Source: Helicobacter cetorum (GTDB taxonomy: Bacteria; Campylobacterota; Campylobacteria; Campylobacterales; DZAY01). From it: DNA of 64,000 nt. Below are positions 17,436 through 27,632 of this stretch, in pieces (within the stretch, counting starts at the first letter, position 1; each line of letters begins with the position of its first letter). The notes beneath the pieces are model-generated. The model was not told the origin of the DNA. It saw only the letters and a program-made list of their open reading frames with translations, and did no database searches. Where the stretch lies: positions 27,895 through 91,894 of the forward strand of contig DZAY01000006.1 of assembly GCA_022729735.1 (NCBI GenBank). Reading direction: 5' to 3'. The position numbers and the translations under genes were made by a program.

Positions 17436-19238
17436 ATGTGTGGAATTGTAGGATACATTGGAACTAAAGATATAAAAAAAGTGTTAATTGATGGATTGAG
17501 AGAATTAGAGTATCGAGGATATGATTCTGCTGGTATATCTATTATGCAAAATAGCGAAATAGATGTATTTAAAAGTGTTGGAAAATTAAGTAATTTAGTG
17601 CTAAAAATGGAAAATTATAACACTAATAGTTTTGGTGTTGGAATTGGACATACAAGATGGGCAACTCACGGAAAACCAACGGAAATAAATGCACATCCAC
17701 ATTTAGGTGAGTTTAGCTATGTTGTGCATAATGGAATTATAGAAAATTATCAAGAGTTAAAAAGAGAGCTTAGTGCAAATGGGCATAAATTTGTGTCACA
17801 AACTGATACAGAAGTGATTGTCCATCTATTTGAGCATCATTTAAAAGAGTTGGATAGTTTTAGTGCATTTTCAAAAACTATTTCAGAGTTAAAAGGTGCA
17901 TTTGCTATTTTGCTAATGACAAAAAAAGAGCCAAACAAAATATTTTTTGCAAAATATGGCTCACCTTTGATTGTTGGATTTGGAAATGATGAGCTGTTCT
18001 TTGCAAGTTCTGACTCACCATTAATTGGTTTAGCAAATGATGTTATATATTTAAATGATGGTGAGTATGGATTTATATCTTTAGATGAGTTTCAAATATA
18101 TGATAAAAGTGGAAGTTTATTAAATCCTCAAAAGATAAAATTAAATATTAATAAACAGTTTGCCCAAAAAGAGGGTTATCGATTTTTTATGGAAAAAGAG
18201 ATATATGAGCAAAGTAGTGTAGTTGCCGATACAATTCTTGGTAGAGTAAAAGATGATTTAATCTACTTTGAAGAGTTAGAAGGATTAGATTTAAATCAAT
18301 TTAAGCAAATTAAAATTTGTGCTTGTGGCACAAGTTATCATGCTGGACTTGGTGCATCATATCTATTTAATAGATTATCTAAAATTGATGTAACAGTTGA
18401 AATTGCAAGTGAGTTTAGATACAAAGAACCACTACTAAATCTTGATACACTCTTTATTGTGGTTAGTCAAAGTGGCGAAACTGCTGATACTTTGGAAGCT
18501 TTGAAAATGGCAAAACATGGGGGATTAACTACTATTGCAATTTGTAATGTAGATAATAGCTCTATTGTAAGATTAGCAGATTACTCAATTCTAACAAGAG
18601 CAGGAATAGAAAAAGGGGTTGCTTCAACAAAAGCATTTGCAACACAAATGACACTCTTTTGGATGTTAGCTTTATATATTGGCTCTTCTAAAATTGCAAA
18701 AGATAAACTTCAAGATGAGATAAATACAATTTTAGAACTTCCAAAAGTTTTAAAAATCAAAGACTCTTTTAGTGAAAAATCAAAACGACTTGCAAAAAGA
18801 TATTTACATGGTCATGGTTTCTTTTTTATTGGAAGAGATATTTTTTATCCATTAGCACTTGAAGGAGCTTTGAAATTAAAAGAGATAAGCTATCTTCATG
18901 CTGAAGGTTATCCTGCTGGAGAAATGAAACATGGTCCAATAGCTTTAGCTGATAGTGAGCTTTTTACAATTGCTCTTATGCCAAAAAATATGCTTTATGA
19001 TAAAATCAAAAGTAATGTAGAAGAGCTTAGTGCAAGAGATTCTACAATTTTAGCAATTACACCATTGGAGTTTGAAATTGCTGATGATTTTATTAAAACA
19101 ACAGAGTATGAGCATTATATGTTAGAATTTTTTGAAATGATGGTTATTTTACAACTATTCGCTTTGGAAATTTCAATCAAATTGGGAAATGATGTAGATA
19201 TGCCAAGAAATTTGGCAAAAAGTGTAACCGTAGAATAA
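17436..19238 (+). CDS. glmS: Glutamine--fructose-6-phosphate aminotransferase GlmS
   Basis: MCGIVGYIG N-terminal nucleophile, two SIS domains, and the C-terminal KSVTVE. Confidence 0.95.
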   Translation: MCGIVGYIGTKDIKKVLIDGLRELEYRGYDSAGISIMQNSEIDVFKSVGKLSNLVLKMENYNTNSFGVGIGHTRWATHGKPTEINAHPHLGEFSYVVHNGIIENYQELKRELSANGHKFVSQTDTEVIVHLFEHHLKELDSFSAFSKTISELKGAFAILLMTKKEPNKIFFAKYGSPLIVGFGNDELFFASSDSPLIGLANDVIYLNDGEYGFISLDEFQIYDKSGSLLNPQKIKLNINKQFAQKEGYRFFMEKEIYEQSSVVADTILGRVKDDLIYFEELEGLDLNQFKQIKICACGTSYHAGLGASYLFNRLSKIDVTVEIASEFRYKEPLLNLDTLFIVVSQSGETADTLEALKMAKHGGLTTIAICNVDNSSIVRLADYSILTRAGIEKGVASTKAFATQMTLFWMLALYIGSSKIAKDKLQDEINTILELPKVLKIKDSFSEKSKRLAKRYLHGHGFFFIGRDIFYPLALEGALKLKEISYLHAEGYPAGEMKHGPIALADSELFTIALMPKNMLYDKIKSNVEELSARDSTILAITPLEFEIADDFIKTTEYEHYMLEFFEMMVILQLFALEISIKLGNDVDMPRNLAKSVTVE

Positions 19239-19255
19239 ATAAAAAAAGGGAAACT

Positions 19256-21103
19256 ATGAGTGCGAAACGGAAAATTATCACAATCACAGGTCTTGCTCTC
19301 TCAATATTAACAGCTGTTAGTATCATAATTGTAGCTCTAAATTTTAGAGATTATGGGATTGACAGTGCAAAAGAGAAATCAAAACTCACAGCAGAGTTGG
19401 TTAGAGATGGTTTAACTGCCCATATGATAAATGGAATGATGGATAAGCGAGAATTTTTTATTCGTAAAGTTTCGCATTCAAGAAATATTAATGATTTGTG
19501 GATTGTAAGAGCCAAAAGTGTCATTGACCAATTTGGACCTGGGCTTGATTTTGAAGGTGTGCGAGATAGTGTTGATGAGAAGGTATTAAAAGAGGGTAAA
19601 GCTGTAAATGAGGTTACAGAAAATAAAGATGCTGTTTATTTGAGAGTTACAATCCCTTATACTGCAAACTATCAAGACTCACCAGATTGTTTATCTTGCC
19701 ATAATGCAAAAGATGGTGAAGTTTTGGGTGCAATTTCTATGGTAATTGATGTAAGTGAAGTTAGAAAAAGTGGCTTACTTACAATCATTAAAATATTTTT
19801 AACTTCACTAATTTTCTTAATTATCACAATATATTTTATAAATAGATATATAAATCCATATTTAGATTTATTTGATAGTCTTACATCTGGAATTAAAAAA
19901 GCTCACGATGGAGATTTCACACATATCGTTGAAACCAATCTCAAAGATGAAGGTGGAGATGTTGCAAAATGGTTAAATGAGCTGTTTGAAAAACTACAAG
20001 AAACATTTGTAGATATTGATAAAAAAATATCAATGCTAATTGGTTATAGACAAGGATTATCTAAAAATCCTCTGATAAATGTAAAAACTATAATTGAAGA
20101 GTTGGCTGACATTTATAAATTCAAGAGAACAATTGAGTTTGATGAGAGCAGACATGAAATTTATGATAGAGTTATTTTTGTCTTAAATGATAAAATAAAA
20201 ATCAAAAATTTCGCACTTTATGAAGTAGATTTAGTTTCAAATCGAAGAAATATAATATTTGCAACAAATATTGATGAGATAAATTGTGATGCAAAAGTTG
20301 AAAATAATGTTAGAGCTTGTAGAGCTATTAGAATAAACTCTACTGTTTATTCAGATGATTTTGATAAAGTTTGTCATAATTTTGCTTCTCCAAATGAATA
20401 TAAACATATTTGTATTCCATTTAATATCAATTCTCAAAAGAGCTTGTTACTAATTCTAAAATCGAGTGAAAGTAGCGAAAATGAGCGAATAAAAGTGATG
20501 TTACCTGTTATTCTAAACTATTTAGAAGCTGCAAAACCTGTTTTAGAGAGTAAATTCTTGATGGCAATTCTAAAAGAGTCAGCTCTAAAAGATGGATTGA
20601 CGGGACTTTATAATAGAAAATTCTTAGATGAGTTTGTTGAAAAATCTGTGCCTCAAATTCTTAGAACAAATGGCACATACTCAATTCTTATGATAGATAT
20701 TGATTACTTCAAAATGGTAAATGATACTTATGGACACGATGTTGGAGATATTGTAATTAAAGGCTTAGCTGATGTATTGCGACAATCAATTAGAGAATCA
20801 GATTTAGCAATTAGATTTGGTGGTGAAGAGTTTATGGTACTTTTATATAATGCTGATGAAGAAGCAACTCTTAAAGTTGCTGAAAAAATTAGAGTTAAAT
20901 TCTCTGAAAAAGGGTTTGCAACAGGAAAAGAGCAAATCAAAAAGACTTTAAGTATTGGTATTTCAAGATTTCCAGAAGATGCAAATACAATTTGGAAAGT
21001 TATCAAATTTGCTGATGTGGCACTATATAAAGCAAAAACAGGTGGTAGAAATAGAGTCGTTAGATTTGATGGAACTATGACGGATATGGGAGATGATTAT
21101 TAA
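19256..21103 (+). CDS. Membrane diguanylate cyclase: periplasmic CxxCH (c-type heme, DUF3365/Tll0287-like) sensor domain - TM - HAMP-like - Cys-rich GAF-like - GGDEF
   Basis: TM1 (aa ~7-30), the periplasmic segment with DCLSCHN...GEVLGAISMVIDVS, and TM2 (LLTIIKIFLTSLIFLIITIYFI). The GGDEF domain has an I-site RESD and the active site RFGGEEF. Confidence 0.8.
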   Translation: MSAKRKIITITGLALSILTAVSIIIVALNFRDYGIDSAKEKSKLTAELVRDGLTAHMINGMMDKREFFIRKVSHSRNINDLWIVRAKSVIDQFGPGLDFEGVRDSVDEKVLKEGKAVNEVTENKDAVYLRVTIPYTANYQDSPDCLSCHNAKDGEVLGAISMVIDVSEVRKSGLLTIIKIFLTSLIFLIITIYFINRYINPYLDLFDSLTSGIKKAHDGDFTHIVETNLKDEGGDVAKWLNELFEKLQETFVDIDKKISMLIGYRQGLSKNPLINVKTIIEELADIYKFKRTIEFDESRHEIYDRVIFVLNDKIKIKNFALYEVDLVSNRRNIIFATNIDEINCDAKVENNVRACRAIRINSTVYSDDFDKVCHNFASPNEYKHICIPFNINSQKSLLLILKSSESSENERIKVMLPVILNYLEAAKPVLESKFLMAILKESALKDGLTGLYNRKFLDEFVEKSVPQILRTNGTYSILMIDIDYFKMVNDTYGHDVGDIVIKGLADVLRQSIRESDLAIRFGGEEFMVLLYNADEEATLKVAEKIRVKFSEKGFATGKEQIKKTLSIGISRFPEDANTIWKVIKFADVALYKAKTGGRNRVVRFDGTMTDMGDDY

Positions 21104-21105
21104 AA

Positions 21106-22302
21106 ATGGTTACAATAAATGAGGCATTAGATATTATAAAAAGAGAAGTTATCCCAACAAAAAAAGAGATAGTTCCAATCGAAGAAGCTCTTTTTAGAAT
21201 TTGTGCAATCGATATTTTTGCACAATTTCCACTTCCAAGATTTAATAACTCTGCTATGGATGGTTATGTGGTTACACTTTTGGATGTTGGCAAAAGTTTA
21301 AAAGTTGTAGATACTATTTTGGCTGGAGATAATCGTAATTTAGTGTTAGAAAAAGATACTACAATTAAAATTATGACAGGTGCAAAAATGCCAAAAAATG
21401 GTGGTGCAGTTGTGCCAATTGAAGATGTAGAGTTAAATGGAGAGTTTGTAAAGTTTCCAAATGAGATAAAAAAAGATGCAAATATTAGATTTGTTGGTGA
21501 AGATATAAAAGATGGTGAGCTTTTGATTAAAAAAGGTGAGCAATTAAGTAGTTATAAAATTGGCTTACTTGCATCTCAAGGTATTACACATATTGAAGTT
21601 TTTAAAAGAGTAAAAGTTTCTATTTTTGCAACTGGTGAAGAGTTAAAATTTCATTTTGAACACAATTTAGAAGCTGGGAGTATTTATAACTCAAATACTC
21701 CAACTCTGATTGCAAGAGCAAAAGAGTTAGGTTGTGATGTATCCTTTATTGGAGGCACAAAAGATTCAATATCTTCAATTAAAGAAGCAATAACTAACTC
21801 TTTAGGTGCTGATTTGATTATTACTTCTGGTGGAGTTAGTGTCGGTGATGCTGATTTTACAAAAGAAGCATTTTGTGAGCTTGGATTTATAGAATTTTTT
21901 TCTAAAATCAAAATTAAACCTGGGAAACCTACACTATTTGGAAAAATAGATAACTCTTATGTTTTAAATCTCCCTGGAAATCCACTTGCAAGTTCGCTAA
22001 TTTTTGAAATTTTTGGAAAAACATTAATTGCATATTTGGCAGGAAGTTCTAATACGGTAAATCCATATAGAGTAAAATTAAAAGAAAGTTTTAAAAATAA
22101 AAAAGGTGTTCCAACAGTTATTCCCATAATATTTAATGGTGAAAGTTTAACTATTCCTACAAAAAAATCCCCTGGAATGGTAAATGTGATGCCAAAATGT
22201 GATGGGTTTGTAGTTTTAGATGAAAATGTAGAGTTTGTAGAAGCAAATGAGACTCTTAAATTTATACCATTTAACTCTTTTGGTGCAGTAACTGATTTTT
22301 AA
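21106..22302 (+). CDS. moeA: Molybdopterin molybdenumtransferase MoeA
   Basis: Typical MoeA motifs NSAMDGY, IMTGA.MP, TSGGVSVGD.DF and KPGKP..FG. Confidence 0.85.
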   Translation: MVTINEALDIIKREVIPTKKEIVPIEEALFRICAIDIFAQFPLPRFNNSAMDGYVVTLLDVGKSLKVVDTILAGDNRNLVLEKDTTIKIMTGAKMPKNGGAVVPIEDVELNGEFVKFPNEIKKDANIRFVGEDIKDGELLIKKGEQLSSYKIGLLASQGITHIEVFKRVKVSIFATGEELKFHFEHNLEAGSIYNSNTPTLIARAKELGCDVSFIGGTKDSISSIKEAITNSLGADLIITSGGVSVGDADFTKEAFCELGFIEFFSKIKIKPGKPTLFGKIDNSYVLNLPGNPLASSLIFEIFGKTLIAYLAGSSNTVNPYRVKLKESFKNKKGVPTVIPIIFNGESLTIPTKKSPGMVNVMPKCDGFVVLDENVEFVEANETLKFIPFNSFGAVTDF

Positions 22303-22305
22303 TTT

Positions 22306-23325
22306 ATGAAAATTGCACATATAAATTTAGCCAAAAGTTTTAGAGGTGGCGAAAAACAGACAAAAATATTAATCGAAGAGTTAAATAGATTTGGATATGA
22401 GCAGACTATATTTATTAGAATTGGGAATTATAAATTTAAAAAAGAGTTGGATAAACTAAATAATTTAAAAATTATTGAACTTAAAAAACCGTTTTTTATA
22501 AATATTAAAAAACTAAAAGATTTTGATTTAATTCATGGACATGAAGCAAAAGCATATCAACTTAGTTATATTAATTATATATTTAATAAAGTGCCGTATA
22601 TTATTACCAAACGAGTTGCATTTAAACCTAAAAAAGATTTTTTTACAAAAGCAATTTATAAAAATGCAAAATTAGTTGTCGCTATATCAAAAGCAGTAAA
22701 AGGTGCAATTTTAGATGTTTATAATATAAGAGTTGAAACTATTTATAGCTCATCTTTAATAGATGTAGATGAAGTAAAATCAAAAGAGCTTAAAAATAAA
22801 TATGGAAATAAATTTATTGTAGGACATGTTGGAGAGCTTGTGTGTGAAAATAAGTCACAAGATTTAATAGTTGATGTTGCAAAAGAGCTTAAAGATATAC
22901 AATTTATATTTGTTGGAGATGGAAAAGATAGAGAATTTTTGCAAAATTTATCTAAAGATTGTGATAATATAGAGTTCATTGGGTTTGTTGAAAATGTGGG
23001 AGATTACATAAATATCTTTGATATATTTATATTTCCATCAAAATATGAAGGTTTGGGTTCATCGATTTTGGATGCAATAACTCTTAAAAAATGTGTAATT
23101 GCAACAAATGTTGGTGGAATTCCAGAAATAATAGAAGATAATAAAAATGGGCTTTTAATAAATTTAGATAGAAATGAATTAAAAGAAGCTATTTTAAAAC
23201 TATATAATGATAGAGATTTAAGAGAAAAATTGGCAAATCAAGCTTATATTAGTTCAAAAAAATTTCAAAGTAGAGAAATGGCAAATAGTTATAATAGATT
23301 TTATAAAGAGGTAATTGGTGGCTAA
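22306..23325 (+). CDS. Glycosyltransferase, GT4 (GT-B fold) family
   Basis: C-terminal half with FPSKYEGLGSSILDA and GGIPEII, the E-x7-E-type motif of GT4 enzymes. Confidence 0.7.
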   Translation: MKIAHINLAKSFRGGEKQTKILIEELNRFGYEQTIFIRIGNYKFKKELDKLNNLKIIELKKPFFINIKKLKDFDLIHGHEAKAYQLSYINYIFNKVPYIITKRVAFKPKKDFFTKAIYKNAKLVVAISKAVKGAILDVYNIRVETIYSSSLIDVDEVKSKELKNKYGNKFIVGHVGELVCENKSQDLIVDVAKELKDIQFIFVGDGKDREFLQNLSKDCDNIEFIGFVENVGDYINIFDIFIFPSKYEGLGSSILDAITLKKCVIATNVGGIPEIIEDNKNGLLINLDRNELKEAILKLYNDRDLREKLANQAYISSKKFQSREMANSYNRFYKEVIGG

Positions 23326-24847
23326 AGCATTAGCACTTAAATATAGACCCAAAGGTTTTGATGAGTTAATTGGACAAGATAGTGTTTCAAAAACTTTAAT
23401 TAATGCTTTAAATAGTGGAAGAGTATCTCATGCTTATCTATTTTCTGGACTTAGAGGAAGTGGTAAAACATCGACAGCGAGAATTTTTGCCAAAGCACTC
23501 AATTGTGAAAAAGGTGTTAGTAGCAGACCTTGTGAAGAGTGTGTTAGCTGTTTAAGTGCAAATGAGAATAGACATATTGATATTTTAGAAATGGATGCTG
23601 CGAGTAATAGAAGAATAGATGATATTAGAGAGTTGATTGAGCATAGTAAATATAAACCATCAATGGGAAGATATAAAATTTTTATTGTTGATGAAGTTCA
23701 TATGCTTACAAAAGAAGCTTTTAATGCACTGCTAAAAACTCTTGAAGACCCTCCAGAGTATGTAAAATTTATATTAGCAACAACCGACCCATTGAAACTT
23801 CCAGCTACAATTTTGAGTAGAACTCAACATTTTAGATTTAAAAAGATAGCTTTTGTTGATGTGATAAACCATTTGGAACATATCTTAAATATAGAAAATG
23901 TAACTTATCAAAAAGATGCTCTATCTATGATTGTTAGAGCTGGAGAAGGCTCACTTAGAGATACTTTAACTCTGCTTGACCAAAGTATTAGTTACTGTAA
24001 TGGTTCTATTAATGTCGCTGATGTTGCATCTATGCTTGGAGTGATAGACCCAAATCGAGTTGATGAAATATTTAATTTAATATTAAAAAAAGATGTAAAA
24101 AGTTTTAGAGATTTGATATATGAGCTTGGTAATTATGATGTAGAAATAGTAATAGATGAGTTTATTACATATCTCAAAGAGCGATATTTAGAGAGTGATA
24201 GTAGATTTAATTTAATGATATTGGATAGGTTTTTTAGAATTTTATCTGATGCAAAATCGCTACTTCAAATAAACTCAAATAGTGAATTTGTGCTTTTATT
24301 AACTCTACTTAAGTTAGTTGAAGCTTTGAAACTACGAACTATTGATGATATGATAAATTCAATTAGTAGTGAAGTTGTAAATAGTTCTGTGAGAGAGTTA
24401 ATTCCAACTATTGAAGAAAATATTGATACAAGATTTAATAGCTTAATTAATGCTATTAGTCGTAGAAGTAGTGAGCTTGGTGAATGTTTTGCAAAAAATA
24501 TCACATTTGTAAGTTTTGAAAACTCTATTTTAAGTTGGCAAAGTTTAGCAACTAATGAGTGTAAAAAGCGATTAGTAGATAGTTGGAGTGTAATTAACCA
24601 ATTAGTAAAAGAGATTTATGGAGTTGAAACAGTTGTAAAAACTGTTTCAAATAATCAAACTATTGTAAAAGAAGAGATAAAAGATAATAGTATTACTTCA
24701 ATGATTGAAGATGTTGAAAATGTTTATTTAATAGATACAGCTTCTTCAAAAGAGCTTGAAATAAATGAACTATTAAATCACGAAACGATTAAAAAAACAC
24801 AAGAGCTATTTGAAGTAACAAAAATTGCAATTGAATCAAAAGTTTAA
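23315..24847 (+). CDS. dnaX: DNA polymerase III subunit gamma/tau DnaX
   Basis: KYRPKGFDELIGQ, Walker A GLRGSGKTS, the zinc module CEKGVSSRPCEECVSC, Walker B FIVDEVHML and sensor SRTQ. The start is TTG 23315 or GTG 23318 and overlaps the GT gene. Confidence 0.9.
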   Translation: MVAKALALKYRPKGFDELIGQDSVSKTLINALNSGRVSHAYLFSGLRGSGKTSTARIFAKALNCEKGVSSRPCEECVSCLSANENRHIDILEMDAASNRRIDDIRELIEHSKYKPSMGRYKIFIVDEVHMLTKEAFNALLKTLEDPPEYVKFILATTDPLKLPATILSRTQHFRFKKIAFVDVINHLEHILNIENVTYQKDALSMIVRAGEGSLRDTLTLLDQSISYCNGSINVADVASMLGVIDPNRVDEIFNLILKKDVKSFRDLIYELGNYDVEIVIDEFITYLKERYLESDSRFNLMILDRFFRILSDAKSLLQINSNSEFVLLLTLLKLVEALKLRTIDDMINSISSEVVNSSVRELIPTIEENIDTRFNSLINAISRRSSELGECFAKNITFVSFENSILSWQSLATNECKKRLVDSWSVINQLVKEIYGVETVVKTVSNNQTIVKEEIKDNSITSMIEDVENVYLIDTASSKELEINELLNHETIKKTQELFEVTKIAIESKV

Positions 24848-24849
24848 TT

Positions 24850-25968
24850 TTAATCAATTGCTTTTAAAACTATTTCAAACACAGCTCCACTATCTTCATT
24901 ATATGCTTTAATAGTTCCTCTAAAACTATCTTCTATAAGCATTTTAGCTAAAGCCAATCCAATACCTGTTCCTTTATCACCTTTTGTAGAAAAGTAATTA
25001 TCAAATATTTTTGGCAAAATTAACTCATCTATTCCACCAGCATTATCAACTATTCTAATAATAGCTTTTAAATCATCTTTTTTTAACTCTATTTTTATAA
25101 ATGGTTTTTTTACATTTCGCTCAATAATGGCATCTTTAGCATTTGTTAAAATATTTATTATAACTTGACCAATATCATTTGTAAAACCTTTGACAAAAAC
25201 ATTATCTTCTAATTCCTTAATAAGCTCTATCTGTTTAGTTTGCAAAGATGGGTCAATTATAGTAATAGCCTTTAAAATACTATTTTTTAAATTAAATATT
25301 TCTGGTTGTTTATTAGGATTAAAAAAGTTTCTATAATCATCAATTAATTTACTCATAAAATCTATTCTATTTACAATATTATTCATAGAATTTGTTAAAT
25401 CATCACTGTTTAAATCATTAAACTCTATTGCATCAATCACATTTTCAGCCATCAAATATATCGCATTTAGAGGTTGTTTTAACTGATGTGCTATTATACT
25501 TATCATCTCACCCATTGCAGATTTTTTTGTTTGAATTACTATTTGTCGTTTCTGCTCTTCTATAATATCTTCCAAGTGTTGTTGAAATTTATAAAGTTTA
25601 ATATGAGTATCAACTCTAACTAAAAGCTCTTCTTTATGAAATGGTTTGGAAATATAATCCACTGCACCTATCAAAAATCCTTCAATAATACTGTTACTAT
25701 CACTTTTGGCTGTAAGAAATATAAATGGAATAGATGAAAGCTCACTGCTATTTTTTATAATTTTACCAAGCTCATAACCACTCATATTTGGCATAATAAC
25801 ATCTAATAAAATCAAATCTATATTTTTACTGTTCTTATTAAGTATTTCCAAAGCAGTAGTTGCATTAGTTGAAATTTTTAAATTATAATCACTATTTAAT
25901 ATTTCAGCTAACATAGATATGTTTATAGGTTCATCATCTACTATTAAAATAGTCCCTTTTTTATCCAT
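24850..25968 (-). CDS. REC-HisKA-HATPase fusion protein (intact paralogue of the frameshifted 2022..3147 gene)
   Basis: Receiver (ILIVDDEP...LILLDVIMPNMSG...KPF), H-box IAHQLKQPLNAI and G-box KGTGIGLAL; 372 aa. Confidence 0.85.
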   Translation of the reverse strand: MDKKGTILIVDDEPINISMLAEILNSDYNLKISTNATTALEILNKNSKNIDLILLDVIMPNMSGYELGKIIKNSSELSSIPFIFLTAKSDSNSIIEGFLIGAVDYISKPFHKEELLVRVDTHIKLYKFQQHLEDIIEEQKRQIVIQTKKSAMGEMISIIAHQLKQPLNAIYLMAENVIDAIEFNDLNSDDLTNSMNNIVNRIDFMSKLIDDYRNFFNPNKQPEIFNLKNSILKAITIIDPSLQTKQIELIKELEDNVFVKGFTNDIGQVIINILTNAKDAIIERNVKKPFIKIELKKDDLKAIIRIVDNAGGIDELILPKIFDNYFSTKGDKGTGIGLALAKMLIEDSFRGTIKAYNEDSGAVFEIVLKAID

Positions 25969-26009
25969 TAAAATCCCTTTTTTAAAACTGAACTCTATTA
26001 TACTAAAAA

Positions 26010-27632
26010 TTAACCTAAATATTTTTCAAAAAAATATCTAAAAACTATGATACTATTTTCTGATTTAACTGTGATATGAACACTATTTTTATCACATATC
26101 TCTTTGACTAAAGATAGTCCAAGTCCAAATCCACCACGAGCTTCATTTTCTCTATAAAATCGTTGAAATAATAAATCTAAGTTTTTTATCTGTTCTCCAA
26201 AATTTTTAATTTCAAATATGATTTGGTTATCTAACTCTTCTAATTTAATCTCGATTTCACTATTTGGAAAGCTAAATTTTATAGCATTTGACAAGTTATT
26301 ATCAATAATTCTTTGTAATTCTATCTCATTAAATAATATAAATAGATTATCTTCTATTTGCAATTTAAACTCTAAATGATTTCCAATTGCTATATCTCTA
26401 AAAAACTCTATTCGTTCTAATAAAAAGTTAGAAAAATTCATAACATGTTTTTTATACTCTAATCTATCTTTTTTGATAGAGTAACTTAAATCACTATAAA
26501 TATTATGAATAATTTTACTTCCACTCTCTATATTTGTAAGATAACGATTTCTACCATTTTTTATAATTGCTAAATCAATATTTGTTAAAATAATGCTTAG
26601 TGGTGTATTTATCTCATGAATTGCATTTTTTATAAATTTATCTTGCATATTAAGAGTCTCTTCAAGCATTTTTTTTGAGTTTTCAAGCTCTATATTTTGC
26701 TCTTTCAGTTTTTCTGTTTTTTGTGCTACTCTGTATTCAAGTGTAGAGTTTAACTCTTCTAAATGTATCTGCTTTTCATTTATCTCTTTTACCATTTCGT
26801 TTGCAAAAAATGACAAAGTTTTAAACTCTTTAAAATTTAGTTTATCAATATTAATTAACTCATGATTTCTACTTGCATTTGTAAAAAAATTTATGATTTG
26901 TCGTTTTTCATTTTTTATAAATTTTGATATTATGTGAGAAACAACTGTTGTAGATATAACCATTAGAAGAATTAGAGCAAAAATTTCTAATAAAAATCTT
27001 TCCATTTTTATATAATGTTCAACTCTTAATTTTTTAATAACTTCATTTATTGAATCTAAATATACACCACTTCCAACCATCCATCTAAATGGCTCAAACG
27101 ATTTAGCATAAGAGATTTTAGGTGCTAAAATATTTTTTTGTGGTTTATTCCAAACATATTCTACAAAACCACCATTTGAAGATATATCTATAAGCTCTTT
27201 TATAACTCTTTTTCCATTTGGGTCTCTAAAGTTGATTAAATTAACTCCAGCATTTTGTTTTAAAATTGGGTCGGCAATATTTATTCCATCAAATGTATAT
27301 ATAAATACATATCCTTCGCCATTTCGCTCATCTCTCATCTGCTCAATAACATCTACAATATCATCTTGAAGTTCTTTTAATGTTATATTTTTATCAGAAT
27401 TTTTGTATAACTCATACATATAATTTATATATCGTAAAGCTCTATGAGTCTCTTTTACGATTAACTCTTTTTGAGATTTAATATAATCATCTTCTGCTCT
27501 TTTTATCTCTTGACTAAAGTAGTTATACTCTTGATAAATTATAACCATTCCAAATAGAGTAATAAAAAAGACTCCAACAATATTTCCAATTAAATTAATT
27601 TGATTGATACTTCTATTTCTAAGAAATTTCAA
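26010..27632 (-). CDS. Membrane sensor histidine kinase with a periplasmic single-Cache-like domain
   Basis: TM1, a periplasmic region (GEGYVFIYTFDGINIADP...VEYVWNKP...PFRWMVGSGVYL, Cache_2-like), TM2, a coiled coil, H-box AIHEINTPLS and G-box GGFGLGLS. The TTG start overlaps the ftsI stop (TTGA). Confidence 0.8.
   Translation of the reverse strand: MKFLRNRSINQINLIGNIVGVFFITLFGMVIIYQEYNYFSQEIKRAEDDYIKSQKELIVKETHRALRYINYMYELYKNSDKNITLKELQDDIVDVIEQMRDERNGEGYVFIYTFDGINIADPILKQNAGVNLINFRDPNGKRVIKELIDISSNGGFVEYVWNKPQKNILAPKISYAKSFEPFRWMVGSGVYLDSINEVIKKLRVEHYIKMERFLLEIFALILLMVISTTVVSHIISKFIKNEKRQIINFFTNASRNHELINIDKLNFKEFKTLSFFANEMVKEINEKQIHLEELNSTLEYRVAQKTEKLKEQNIELENSKKMLEETLNMQDKFIKNAIHEINTPLSIILTNIDLAIIKNGRNRYLTNIESGSKIIHNIYSDLSYSIKKDRLEYKKHVMNFSNFLLERIEFFRDIAIGNHLEFKLQIEDNLFILFNEIELQRIIDNNLSNAIKFSFPNSEIEIKLEELDNQIIFEIKNFGEQIKNLDLLFQRFYRENEARGGFGLGLSLVKEICDKNSVHITVKSENSIIVFRYFFEKYLG

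Noticed and set aside
24085-24091. An A7 run (TTA AAA AAA GAT) inside dnaX, resembling the E. coli A AAA AAG programmed -1 frameshift site that produces the gamma subunit.
   Set aside because: It lies at about codon 257 of 510, before the end of clamp-loader domain III. A -1 shift would stop after 5 codons and give a product too short to be a functional gamma subunit. I could also see no downstream stem-loop.
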